DNA of 35,024 nt from Zygnema circumcarinatum SAG 698-1b (GCA_037447605.1 JBBHKD010000031.1:1-35024); one strand, 5' to 3'. Positions 10,933-23,090 are shown, numbered from the stretch's first letter. Notes: generated from the letters alone by a model not told the origin. Made by a program: numbers and translations.

Positions 10933-11109
10933 AAGAGGGGGATTGTTGATGTGTGGGGTACATCAAGGTGTTGGTACTTAGTTCCTAGCATGAATGTTGT
11001 CCGGGAGATCAATGTGTTGGTATAGGGACAATGTCATGCATGAACGGTCATGTTTGGTGAAGGACCGAACATGGGTGGTGCCCGTATCATTAGGGCACGG
11101 GTACGGCAG
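10933..11109 (+). repeat. PPT and start of a 3' LTR, cut by gap
   Basis: CCAAGAGGGGGAT|TGTT junction is identical to 12927-12943; LTR would start at 10944. Confidence 0.65.
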
Positions 11110-11119
11110 NNNNNNNNNN

Positions 11120-12923
11120 AGACTCGGTCGAAACTGTACCTTTGCACGGACAGGAGTCTGAGGACTTGGATATGGCCGAGAGAGACGCGATGAGGGCAAG
11201 GATGCCTCCGGGATTTGTTCCCGGAATTTTCTTCAACTCGAGGAGTGGGAGAACGCAAGGACCGCGGAGGAGCACCCGTGTGGTGAGGAGGCCTGAACGA
11301 TACAGGCCGTCGCAGACTAATCTGATGCAGGAGAGAGTGCCTACGGACTCTGCTGACCTCGCAGGAGTTGCTCACTGCTACATGATTACCGAGCCGCAAA
11401 CCTTCCGAGGCTGAGAGCCACGATGGGGTCGATGCAGCGAAGTGGCGAGGCAGCTGGTTCAGCGAGTGGAACAGCTTGACACAGAACGGGACGTGTGACT
11501 GGAGGCGCCGAAGGGAAGGAGAGCCATCGGAGCGCAAGGTGGGTGTTCAGGGTGAAGCGAAGGCGGACGGAGTGTCGACCGCTCACAAGGCGCGGCTGTG
11601 CGAAGGGCTACAGCCAGAAGCACCGGCACCCATGACACGGAGACCTCCGCCTCGGTGGTGAGTCTCACTCCCTCCGTGCCTCACTCCATCGCAGCTGTGA
11701 GGGATGCATGTCGATCAGCCAACACATCAGATTTGCTTTGCACGGACATCTGCGAGCAGATCTACATGGTGCAGCCCGAGGAAAGTTGTCTTGGGGCACA
11801 GCATCCTTGTCTGCCGCTGCAAGCCAAGAGTCTGCATGGACTTGAAGCAGCATCTAGGATTTGGACAAGAAGATTGACGATCTTCGAGGAGAACGGGATT
11901 TGTGTGCTTTTGAGACGGATCATCCCGCCCACCACAGCAGCAGCAGATCTCATATACGCGGGATTGACGTGGATGACCTCATTATGGCGGGCCTCATCTT
12001 GGAGAGAATCAATGATCTGAAGAAGCTTTTGCAAGTGGAAATCGAATGTCGGATCTCAAGGCGGTGAGTCTTGGGGACACAGACTGAAGGGCAGGACGGA
12101 AGTCTGTTTCCTGAAGTCAGAGAAGCAGCCTGATGATGATGGTGAGATTCAATATGGAGGGAGCGCAGACCGTGCACCAGTCCGATGGAGATCGGGCGCG
12201 AGATTGTTGAAATATATGGAGCCTGCGACGCACGCGCAGGCACACGCTGCATACGGAGCTGCTGCAGACCTGCTATCGAAGTTTAATGTACCTGATGATT
12301 GCTACCTTGACCGACTCTGCGAAGGCTGTGAGCGCCGCAAGTCGGTTCATGGAGAATCCCGGCCCTGAGCATTGGGAGGCCGTAAAGCGAATCTTTCGGT
12401 TCGTACGGGGGACCCTGGAGTACGGACTTCGTTACGAGAGAGGGCCGAACAGAGTGATCGGATACACCGACTCTGACTGGGGAGGTGACGTGGACACATC
12501 GCGATCGACCTCCGGATTTGTTTACCTGAACGCAGGTGGAGCGATCTCATGGAGCTCGAAGCTACAGGATTCGGTTGCGTTGTCTAGCACCGAAGGCGAG
12601 TACATGGGAGCATGTCACGCAGCGAAGGAGGGAGTTTGGTTCCAACATTCTTTGATGAGTGTAAGAGGCCACAACGTCCCTTGACTTTGTTCACGGATAA
12701 TTGCCCTCTGTCATACTTCTTGTAAATCTTGCAATTTCATAAGAGGACAAAGCACATTAGAGTACAATACCATTATGTGCGAGAATTAGTAGAGGAGGGG
12801 ATGATTGTTGTGAAGTTCGTGGGGACGAAGGAGCAGGCTGCGGATATGTTGACTAAAGGAGTTAGTGGTGAGACGCTACTAGTGAATAGCAGACTCATTG
12901 GGCTAGGGCCCATGAGGAACTGA
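11120..12923 (+). pseudogene. pol: Copia family B pol C-terminus (linker, RT, RNase H), indel-riddled
   Basis: RRSTRVVRRPERY and EPQTF linker motifs; RT remnants; GYTDSDWGGD, ISWSSKLQDSVALSSTEGEY, KRTKHI, ADMLTKG. Confidence 0.92.
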
Positions 12924-12928
12924 GGCCC

Positions 12929-12939
12929 AAGAGGGGGAT
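12929..12939 (+). promoter_or_regulatory. PPT of copia B
   Basis: AAGAGGGGGAT between the RNase H stop and TGTTAG. Confidence 0.85.
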
Positions 12940-15050
12940 TGTTAGTGTTAGTGTGCTATAGTTAGACATTGTACGGGTTCACACTAACATTGTTGTGGTC
13001 CTCAGTTGGGAAACATGAGACCCGCCAGCAGTGTTCCTAGGAATAGGGCCGGCCACAACGTCGGCGCCCGGACGCTTTCGGACTTGCCAGCATGTTGGTG
13101 ATGTCGCGGTCTGCCAGGCTTTAAAAGCGTATCGGTTGCGGCACCATCAGGCCCATGATCGAGGATTGAAATCGCACTATGCCGGACAAGCGCGACGGCG
13201 CTAGCGCCACGATGAGATTTTGTTGCCTGCACGGCGCGAACGTGTACGGTGTCGCGAATCACATGCGCGCGCTGACGGCGCATGCAGATTGGATGATGGA
13301 ATTTCTGGCGTGGCCAATCATCGAAGAGTTCAGATGCGTGGCAGCTGTGACGACGACCTGACCAGGTCGGTGCTGGGCGAGGCTCACGGTGGAAGCTGGA
13401 TGTTGAACGCGTACCTGGCTGCCACCATATAAAGTGTGATGTGAACATCGGTCAACAAGGAAGATGTCACGAACACGGCCATGGCGGCACACAGGGTTTA
13501 GTTTGTTATGAGGAGAACCAGATTATATGACTGGAGTCCCGTGACTCATTCTGCCTGCCCGTGCGTTGGCTGCCGTCTTTACTCGCAAGGTAGTGAGTAG
13601 AGGGAGAGAGTGCAGTGAGAGGGGAGAACTTCATGTGGGTGACATTCTTATTATAAAGGAGTTTTAGGAGCCGTGGAGTTTTCTCCTATACTGGTGGTGT
13701 GATTTCACTGCTCGCTTCCTCAAGGCTCATTCTCACAGGAGTTATGGGCTGGTGAGTGAAGTGGGAGATAGAGTGAGAGAGAGTGAAGATGTCTTCATCG
13801 GTGGGAACCGGAGTTCCAATGGAGGGCGACACGCGAGGTGGCGCCGGGAGCAGCGAGCAGATCCAGACTCCAACAGAGATATTTGGCGCGAGAGGCGGAT
13901 CTGCACGAAGCGACATGATTGGTCGCGCCAGCGTGCAGATAGCGATGTAGTCTTCAGGCGTGACGTGACGCGGAAGTCGGCCGAGAGATCAAGAGGTTAC
14001 GCCATGAATGAGAGGGCAGACGTGGCATTGCTGACCTTTGTGCGTTCCGCGCTCGACAGTGTCACCGTAGAGACCGAAGGCCGCGATTTCTTGAGCGTAT
14101 GGATAGTGTACGGGCCGGGCGGTGGACGTGTACGCAAATCGGCGGCGAATGCTACGGACGACCTTAAGTAGGTCGCCGCCGCGAGGTTTTGGCCGGAGAC
14201 CGCCAAGCCGGGCCGCTGAATGCGTAGTCAGTCGCTGAATGGCCGCCGTCGCTGAATGCATGCTGCCAGTTATGCGCCTCGCGGACGTGACATCGTGTCA
14301 CGTCACGCCGGCCGCCATAGTTTAAGAGGGAGCAAAGTTTGGCTCTCTCTCATCACCACTCTCCTCAATGGCAGGCCGCCGACCGCGGTTGTAAAGGAAG
14401 AGTAAAGTGCAGGCCGAGGCCTAGAGGAGTCCGCCTTGTGTAATGGTTGTCGTGGAAGGAACTAGCTCTCATCATGCTAAGCTTTAGTGAAGAAGTTAGA
14501 CGGGTGCGTCCCTATGTGCCGAGGTAGGAGTGGAGGAGTTCTCATGGAGGCAGTAGTGCATACGTAGCTTTGGGGTGTGCTTAAGTAGAGTATGTGAGAG
14601 GATAGATAGTGTTTCATGTGGAGGAGGAGAATCTAGCATACCTGGATCGATGTAGATTTCAAGAGCTTGTATTACACTGGCGAAGTTTAAGGAGTTTTAG
14701 GCCGTGGGCTTTTCTCCTTACTATCGTATCATTTGTCATGCGTGGAGTCCTCGTGGTTGATCGACGGGTGGATGAGTGGAGGCGACCATCAGATAGCGGT
14801 GTGTTGCCTCCACACGAGGAGACTACTGAGGAGCGGAGTTGAGGAGCCGAGACCATGGAGGAGCTGGGCAGTTGCACTCAGGTTAGTTTTCACCGTAAGC
14901 ACCTGGCAAGAGGTGGACGAGAAGGCATATCGTGGCGGAAGCGGTATGTGGCCCAAGGAGAAGAAAAAGAAAAGTTTTGAGCTCTGATACCCAGGGCATG
15001 TGTTGCCCTTTCCTTGTGTCTTTCCTTTCTTGCTGCCCCTTGCACCAACA
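12940..15050 (+). repeat. Copia B 3' LTR, about 2.1 kb
   Basis: TG start after the PPT; CCTTGCACCAACA end matches 7828-7840; 3' half homologous to 7120-7840. Confidence 0.8.
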
Positions 15051-15814
15051 CAAGGCTGCTCCGGCAGTGATGTTCGTCTCAGCCGGAGGTGGCGGTGGAG
15101 GATCATTCTGAATGGGTGCAGGAGGCGCTTGCTCCGGGCTGCTGCAAGGAGACGGGCTGTAGTTGATGAGAGAAGGACCCCGCGGATTTGCCGTCTCATC
15201 GCCCTCTGGATTCTCCTCCATCGGGTGATCCTCTTGGTCCTCAGGGCTGGAAGGCGGAAAAGGCGGAAAGTCTGAAAATGCCTCCATTAAACAAACAATC
15301 TTGGAAAGAGAAACACAGGCTCTGATACCATAATGTAACAAGCCTTGAGCACGACACCCAAAGCCTGCTAGAGACTAAGTCACTTAAATGTAATGCTGGT
15401 TTCTGGAACGATTGCAAGTGCCCCCTTCCCAGGACCCCCCCTTGCATTCATCCCGCCTTATATCACGGCTCCCCGTCGAACCCTTTACCAAGCGTAAGGA
15501 CGGGGCGGGGCTAGCCAATGGCGCTATGCCATGTATTGTCGGCTGGTCAATGCCGGTTGTATGAGAGGCGTGCGGTCACCAGCATTTAATGTGTGACGTG
15601 GCGTCCTCCGTATAGCGACCCGGCGATGCGTGGTGGCGTTCGATCTTGAACGGCGGCGCGCAGAATACCAAATCAGTCCGTACCGTCCGTACGGGCAGTA
15701 CGGATCCGCACGGCTACACCGTATGACTGTACGGATGGCCCGGACGGCCAAACCGTACGGAAATCCTCAGGATGCCGGCGGCACCGTGGTGTCTGTAGCG
15801 TTCAGTTCGCTACA
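15051..15814 (-). mobile_element. Gypsy family C 5' end: LTR 15334-15814, PBS 15319-15330, Pro/Glu-rich gag N-terminus truncated by copia B
   Basis: GCTCTGATACCA (reverse complement of the iMet PBS) next to TGTAACAAGCC; MEAFSDFPPFPPSSPEDQE ORF; far LTR end is TGTAGCG-N7-CGCTACA. Confidence 0.8.
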
Positions 15815-16639
15815 GCCGCAGTCTCCGAGTTCTCCTCCATCACCTCGTCAGGAACTGGTGGTGGAGATTCTTACGACTTCGAGGGCCCGGGTCCCCTCGA
15901 CTGACGGTGGTCACCATGACCGCGGAGTTCTCTTTCAAAGAAGGCCGCAGCAACCGATGCCAAATCGCAACGTGAACCGTCTCGCCGGCCAGCGGAGGAA
16001 TAACTGGCGCCCGGCGCACGTCTGGCGAGGCGAGAGTCAGAGTGAAGGCGAGGAAGCGAGAGGTGGCAGCCCTGGCCAGGGGTGCAACTGAATGCCCACG
16101 TCTGCGCAGTTTGGTGGCCGGCCGGTCACCACGCCCCTTCACCTTCAGTTGAACCTCCCTACCGGCATGGAGTTAGGCGGGGGCCCGGCCAATGGCCCAC
16201 AGAACTGCCCGCGTGTCCTCGACTCCGGATGGGTCAGAGATTGTACACAACGATACCGAACGCTCACACGCATTCGCGGCGCGCCGTCTGTCGATTACGC
16301 GGTCCGGTTCTGGCACGGCGGGTTGGGCGGCGATTAGTCCGTACCAGCGGTAACCGTAATTGAGCGGGCGGCCCGGTTCTGCGTTTACAAAACGTAAGGA
16401 AGATGTCGGTGGAGTTCCGTAATCCCACCGACCACATCGGCGGCATGATACATGTAATGTCACCGATTTATACGGCGCGCGCCGAACCCTTGCAACGCCC
16501 GCGGGATTTAGATCCAGACCCTTCACAGTCTAGGTGGTCCCCGACGCCTTGGCCACTCGGCCAGCGCCCGGGGTGAGAGTACTAGGACGGAGCGCGCCCT
16601 AAGTACCCCTCCCGTGGGTGACTGTAGCGTTTCGCTATA
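15815..16639 (-). mobile_element. Gypsy family D 5' end (gag start, PBS remnant, LTR about 15964-16639), noisy
   Basis: 15820-15920 aligns with 33690-33790 (ggtggtcaccatgacc gag start); 16060-16200 aligns with the D LTR; ends GGGTGACTGTAGCGTTTCGCTATA. Confidence 0.72.
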
Positions 16640-16798
16640 GATAGAGGGTCAGATGCGATTGGGGCCAGCAGTACTCTCAGACCTGATCAAGCATTCTCAA
16701 CTACGCCAAGTGCTGCGCCGAAATCACCTAGTTTTCGCACGACATTCACTCGACATCGGCAAGACCCACTTGATTGAGCACCATATCGATACAGGGGA
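16640..16798 (+). pseudogene. Remnant of an older gypsy element (E), pre-RT segment of pol
   Basis: QLRQVLRRNHLVFARHSLDIGKTHLIEHHIDTGD matches the gypsy pre-RT HxIxTGD region. Confidence 0.75.
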
Positions 16799-16887
16799 TG
16801 TAACAAGCCTTGAGCACAACACCCAAAGCCTGCTAGAGACTAAGTCACTTAAATGTAATGCTGGTTTCTGGAACGATTGCAAGTGCC
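16799..16887 (-). repeat. Second family C LTR, first 89 bp, interrupted by H1
   Basis: Near-identical to 15334-15422. Confidence 0.9.
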
Positions 16888-16940
16888 TGTAACAACCTGC
16901 ACCCTGGCAGGCTGCTCTGAGAGTCTAAGTGCCAAAGAGA

Positions 16941-16944
<4 letters not shown>

Positions 16945-16973
<29 letters not shown>
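16945..16973. repeat. (GA)n microsatellite inside gypsy LTRs
   Basis: Recurs at about 19487, 21416, 23152, 27279, 28899 and 33909, always near the same LTR end. Confidence 0.95.
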
Positions 16974-16978
<5 letters not shown>

Positions 16979-17749
16979 CGTGAGCTCAATGCTGGTACAA
17001 AGAGCTCGGATGGTCTCCCATCCGGGCGCAGCCCCCTTAAGCTCCCCGCTGAATCCCCTACCAAAGATGGAGGACCGGAGCTTTATCGCCATCAGGAGTT
17101 CGGCTGGCGGAGAGATCCTAACCGAAAGCATTCCGCTAAGGACAAGCTTCCCGGTCTCGCGATTCACGGCGTCGACGGCTGCCGCGAAATGGGCAAGACG
17201 GTTGGTACACCGACAATATCGCCAAATTTCGGCCCGCCGCATAAAGCATTTTATCGGTACTGCTAAAAGATGCCACCGCGATCTGCGGGTCGCTGCCAGG
17301 CGGCGCGCCGACGCAGGGAAGTGCGCGCGGCCAGACTTTCTCGCCGCTGATCTGTAGAGTACGGTAGCGTCCGTATACCAGACGGACGCACCAAGACGAT
17401 TCAAAAGAGATCCTTTGCCCCAGCCCAAGACCTCCCCGCTGTCTGGGCAAAATGGCTCTATCCTATCCGCCAGCCGAGATTTAAGGGATGGGCCATAGTA
17501 TCACTATGAGTACGCCTCCGTGGTCACGCCAGAGCTGCTACGCTACATTACTTCTCCTCGTGAGTATGTGAACGCCCTCGCTCATCGGGAAAAGCACCTC
17601 GCGCTCGCCAGCTTTAAGAGGTATTTAACTGTTTCAAGGGGTGTACGGAGGTTTCCAGCGTTAATCCCGTCGTTCCTTTCCTCGCAGCGGTGGATCTGCC
17701 TGGGAACCCCTACGCCGCCCGCCACCAGCCGGGTTCAAGCCCTCAAGCA

Positions 17750-17900
17750 TAATCTCGTGAGCTCCTCGCAATTTGTCGATTGCTCACGTTCCCACGCTAT
17801 GCTCAACCCCATAGCCCAAACCATTTCACGCAGATATTCGTGGGCGGAAGTCTCGACCTCTACTCACAAATCGCTGGGTTTGGATGGCCTCTACCTCATA
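17750..17900 (-). CDS. Integrase C-terminal chromodomain (H1)
   Basis: EYEVEAI, then EYLVKWFGYG and EHSxWE recoverable with 1-nt indel corrections. Confidence 0.85.
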
Positions 17901-19418
17901 CTCGAGGTCACCTTCAACTTCCACTGGAGGGGGAGGTGGTTGGACTCTCCCATCGCTGCGGTATGCCTTAAGAAGACCCACATGAAAGACCGGATGCACT
18001 TTCATATGAGCCGGTAAAGCCAACCGGTAAGCGACCTCACCGATTCGCTTCACGACCGAAAAAGGTCCCATGAAGCGAGGCCATAATCCTCACGTTCCGC
18101 CAGAAGTCTTCGTGGCGCAAGTTCGGCCAGACCGAAGAAGACTGATCGCCTCTACAGTTGGGTTAATGCAAAGACGACGACGACAAGATAAAGTTTTCTC
18201 TCGGCCGACCGCTGCTAACAGGTCTCCGCTCGCCCTTCAGAACGGACATTTTCCGAGAGGAAAGCACTAACGCAGAGGTTGACTCCTCGCCAGCCTCTCA
18301 TGCCCCAAGGATCCGGGAGCCGGTGAACATCCATGTTCCACACATCTGGCTGTTGATCTCTTGGCTGCAGGGGATTTAGAGGATGCTGACCAAAGTTCAA
18401 GAAGAAAGGAGTGGTACCGATTGATTCCTGGAATGCATTATTAATGGCATACTCAGCCACCGGGAGCAGTTCATCCCATCCATCCGGGATGGGTCCCACA
18501 TAATGCCTCAAATAGTCTTCCAGAATCCGGTTAACCCTCTCCGTCTGCCCATCTGTCTGAGGGTGGAAGGCTGTACTCATAGCCTGCTTAGTCCCGATAA
18601 TACGAAGGATTTCTTTCCAGAAATGTCCTGTGAATCGGGTGTCACGATTTGAGATGATCTCAGATTGAAGCCCATGTTGACTCCAGACTTTGTCAACATA
18701 TAGCCGCTATTTTCGTTTCCAAGACTGGCCGCTCTATAAAGTACGAAAATGCACCATTTTGTCAGCGTCGAGCAAACACGGTAGATGGAGTCAAAACTCG
18801 AAGCTATCACAGTAACTGCGGATCAAATCCATATACCTACACTTCCCACCTCCTAGAAGGGAGGGGCGTAGGGGTCAAGCAAGCTGCTAATGTGTCCAGG
18901 CGCAGGCTTATCCCGCCGACAAGTTGGGCATGCGAGTACATACGCTCATCGCCCGGGCTGTACTCCGCCACCAGAATTCTGAGTAAAGGCTTCACGGTTT
19001 TGGCAACTCCTATATGGCCCTCGTGATGAGGATCGTGCATCTCTACTCAAGATGAGCCGCCGCATGATCCAGCCTCTTGGCAATGACTAACTGCCATCGC
19101 GGGTACCAAAATTGCTTTTGAGCACGAAGCTATACTATAGCCGCGCCTTGGCCGTCCAGAACAAAGGATCACTAGCAAAATTCTCCTCCCCAATCATCAT
19201 CCGGTTCAAATCGTGAGAGAAGCAGAGGGTTGATCGCTGGCCACCGCGAAGGGTTTATGACAAAACATACCGAGATAAACGCCGGTTGGCCGCCTCGCCT
19301 CCACCATCTCGCACTCACCACAACACTCGAAGTCGACGAAAGCACCATCCGTGCTAGATGAATGTTGCCCGCTAAGCGGTCCGCCATATTCAGCCTACTG
19401 TGCCTGTGATACCCACTT

Positions 19419-20148
19419 TGTAACGGCCGAGACCGACTCTTCAAATTAAGCAAGGAAAAACATCACCAAAGACTTCGAAGTTCGTGAGAGAGAGAGAGAG
19501 AGAGAGAGCAAGAGAGCGAGAGCCAGAGAGTGGCGCAGCCCCGGCAGGGTGCAACCGAATGCCGCAGATGCTATTAGTGACGATACCACCGCCCCTTTAC
19601 GCCCCCGCTGGAACCTCCTACCAAAGATGGAGGATTGGAAGCTGTGGTCGCCCAATGGCGTGACGCCACGGTCCCTCTCCTCTCGACTCAAAATGGGTCG
19701 AGGTGTACAACGCATCTATCGTTGTCGCGATTTCCGCCGGCGCAGGCCGCGACGCGCCGTGATGCTTGCTGCACGGCCGGATCCTACGCGCCGGGTCCGG
19801 GATCATTACCATCCGCATCAACGGCAATCGCTATTGTACCTGACGAATCCGAAGTTCGTGGCGGGGATCCGCCGCCGGCTCCCAGATCCAACCACGCGTA
19901 GACCGATTGGTCCCGCGTGCCGTTAGTCCGCGATCCTCCTCTACGAGAGGTGAGGGGACCTTGGCCGACGCGGGGGCCCATAGAGATTATGTGGCGCAAG
20001 CCCCACGCAACCGCCTATGGTTCCGGAACTCTGTGACCTCCTCGTCAGCCCCATATAGGGTATCCGATGCCCCAACCGTTAGGTATTGCATCGATGGAAA
20101 CATAAAGCCACTGCTCTATAACCCTCGGGTGATCAGGAAGAAGCTACA
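19419..20148 (-). repeat. Solo D-type LTR with CACTT target-site duplication
   Basis: CACTT at 19414-19418 and 20149-20153; TGTAAC...GCTACA; H1 RNase H sequence on both sides. Confidence 0.9.
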
Positions 20149-20353
20149 CACTTGCAAATGAACTGCTGGAGGAACTCGCATCAAATAAGGCTCGGGCCAC
20201 CAAAAGAGTTTGCCACAAGTGGGAGAGGAACGCCGCGGACGGTGGTCCGTGACTGCCGGACTGCCACCGCCTCTAAATAAAGAACGCTATGTCCTCGTAT
20301 GCGGAACTACGCCTAAGAGCTCTTGCTCGTATGATTAGTTTCGCCAAATTGGT

Positions 20354-21052
20354 TCATTTTTGCGACTTCTCATAAGCAAGAGAGGTTGGTCGCTCGAACA
20401 AGACCGCGACCCAAAGCTTAACCCAAGCAGAGGCGTCACAGACCACCTCATACGGTAAGGTGGGATCAGCCAACCTCAACGTAGGTGCTGTTACAAGCGC
20501 ATGTCTCACACCATCAAAGGCCGTCTGGCATTCTGGTGTCCACGCATAGGCGACACCGGAACGTGTCAAGTTGGTAAGCGGAGTTACCAACTTACTAAAG
20601 CCTTGGATAAATTTACGAAAATAATTCGCAAATCCAAGAAAAGATCGCAACTGATGAAGATCAGCCGGTACAGCCCATGTCTTTACAGCAGACACCTTGG
20701 CTGGATCAGGTTTCAATCCCTGATCATTCAAGATATGCCCAAGATACAACAGCTCACGTTGCATGAAGTTACATTTCTTTCGCTTGGCATAAAACGTGTG
20801 TTTCCGCAACACCTCGAACACTTTGCGCACATGCACAAGATGCTCAGCGTCTGTCTTGCTGAATACCAGGATATCATCCAAGTACACAAGGACAAACTCA
20901 TCCATGCCGACGAACATTTCGCTCATCACGCTGGAAGGTACCGGAGCATTGGTCAAAAGGTAAAGACCTGTATCAGGCCAATCGGGCGTCCGGTGCCGTT
21001 TTAGGTACATCGGCCCGCCGACACCTGACCATGATACCCTGCGCAAGATCAA
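20354..21052 (-). CDS. pol: Gypsy reverse transcriptase / connection region (H1)
   Basis: VLVYLDDILVFSK, KCNF, YLGH, LRSFLGFANYFRKFI, CDAS. Confidence 0.95.
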   Translation of the reverse strand: MILRRVSWSGVGGPMYLKRHRTPDWPDTGLYLLTNAPVPSSVMSEMFVGMDEFVLVYLDDILVFSKTDAEHLVHVRKVFEVLRKHTFYAKRKKCNFMQRELLYLGHILNDQGLKPDPAKVSAVKTWAVPADLHQLRSFLGFANYFRKFIQGFSKLVTPLTNLTRSGVAYAWTPECQTAFDGVRHALVTAPTLRLADPTLPYEVVCDASAWVKLWVAVLFERPTSLAYEKSQK

Positions 21053-23090
21053 GCCAGGTGAATACTCGCCCCTCGCAGACGCATCTAAAGAATACCGTCA
21101 CCGCGCCGTAAAGCAAATCGCTTCTTACCGCGGATCTTGCTGGCGGCGCCCCATAATCGGCGCACATACGCGAAAGACCCATCCTTCTACCAACGGCGAG
21201 GATGGGGAGCCCCAAAGGGCCTGGCCGCTCAATCCAGTTCTGCCTTGTGCCAATGAAGTTGCCAAGAGGTCTCCTCACTCTTCTCGGACTAAGCCTATGC
21301 ATAGGCTCCCCAAGGAGGCTTCGCTCGCTCAGTGGGTATGGTATGCCCCACCCTTCCGCAGAGGCAGATCAGAATCAACCTCAGCCGCGGTGTCGCCTGA
21401 GTCTAAGTGTCAAGAGAGGAAGAGAGAGAGAGGAGCGTGAGCTCAATGTCGGGTAATAAAGTAGCCGGATGAGTTCTCCCATCCGCAAATTTTGCTCCCC
21501 GCTGGAATCCCCCTACCAAGATGGGAGGATCGGGGAGCTGTGGATCGCCATCAGAAAGCCCGGCCAGGTATGGTGATCCTTAACCGAAGTTATCGCTGGC
21601 GACAAGCCTGCGGGTCTCTTCGCTGCATTCACGGGCGCCGGTGACGCGCGCGCTGGGCCGTGCGCTGCGTACGGGTTGGTGCACCGATGAAGTCGCATTG
21701 CCGCCTTCGCCTCGCATAGCATTTTTACTTGCTTCTGTTAAAAGATGCCACCGCGATTTCGCGGGTCGCGCTACAAGGCGCAAGGCGCCGACGGCGGTGC
21801 GCTACGCGCCGTATCTTCGCCGCGGATTCAGATAGTCGGTGCGCCCGCATACCTCGCATCGACGCACCGCGACGCATCCAAAAAGAGATCCTTTGCCCGG
21901 GCCATTAAAGGATACCCAGCCCAAGACCTCTCGCGTTCGCAAATGGGCCCTATCCTATCCGGCCAGCGCCGAGATGAAGGGATGTTTCACAGACACTATG
22001 AGTAATGCCTTCCAGTGGTCACGCCAGAGCGCGCTACATTACCCTCAGGAGTATGTGAACGCCTCGCTCAATCGGGAAAAGTAATCTTGGCGCACCAAGT
22101 AGCTTTAAGAGGTATTCGCTCTGCTCGCTGCGTACCTGAGGGCTCGGGCCAAGTAATCCCGCCAAGTCCCTTTCTCCGGTAGCCACAAGGACGGGTCGGG
22201 AACCCCCTAGCCTCGCCTCGCCACCACCGGGTTCAAGGCCCCCAAGCATAATCTCGTGAGCCTGCGGCAATTTGTCGATTGCTTCTCACGCTCCTATCAC
22301 TGCTATGTTCCAACCCCCATACCCCAACCATTTACCTAGATATTTCAGGGCGTGAAGTTCTAATCTCTACTCACCGCCCCGTAGGTTCAATGGCTTCAAC
22401 CTCATATACTGAGATCACCTTCAACTTCCAATCGAGGGGGAGGTGGTTTGACTCTCCCATCACGCGTATGCTCTTAAGAAGACCCACATGAAAGACCGAT
22501 GCACTTTCATATTTGTTTAAAGCCAACCAGTTAGTTTACTCCGACCGATTCGGGCCTGGGCGACCGTGAAAGGTCCCATTGCTTGTGCCATAACTTACGT
22601 TCCGGCCAGAAGTCTTCAGCGCTAGTTCGCCGTAGACTCAAAGAAGACTGACGCCTCTACAGCTGTTAATGCAAAGACGACGACGGATCAGCATAAAGCT
22701 TTCGGGCCACATCGGGCCAAGCATCAGTGGTCCGCTTGGCCTCAGAACGCTTCTGGACATTTTCCGAAAGGAAAGCACTAACGGCAAGTAGTGTTGATCT
22801 CCGCCAGCTCCTCCTATGCCCCAAGGATCTGGGAGCCTGTGAACATCCATGTTCCACACATCTGGCTGCTGATCTCTTGGCTGCAGGGGATTTAGAGGAT
22901 GCTGACCAAAGTTCAAGAAGAAAGGAGTGGTACCGATTGATTCCTGAAATGCATTGTTAATGGCATACTCAGCCACTGGGAGCAGTTCATCCCATCCATC
23001 CGGGATGGGTCCCACATAATGCCTCAAATAGTCTTCCAACATCCGGTTCACCCTCTCCGTTTGCCCATCTGTCTGAGGGTGGAAGGCTGT

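Larger units (their letters stand above)
16888..21370 (-). mobile_element. Chromovirus H1: 3' LTR 16888-17547, PPT, chromodomain-integrase, RNase H split by a solo LTR, RT; 5' part cut off by H2
   Basis: LTR TGTAACAACC...GCTACA; PPT complement at 17548-17557; VFHVGLLK, YEVEAI, STAFHPQTDGQTER; RT YLDD at 20873-20884. Confidence 0.88.

Noticed and set aside
6554-15050. One intact full-length copia B element
   Set aside because: A PPT and LTR start at 10933-10944 and a gap at 11110 separate two different elements, and the two LTRs are clearly diverged.
13002-15199. Many 60-150 aa ORFs inside LTRs
   Set aside because: No recognisable motifs, GC-rich context, and not conserved between homologous LTRs.
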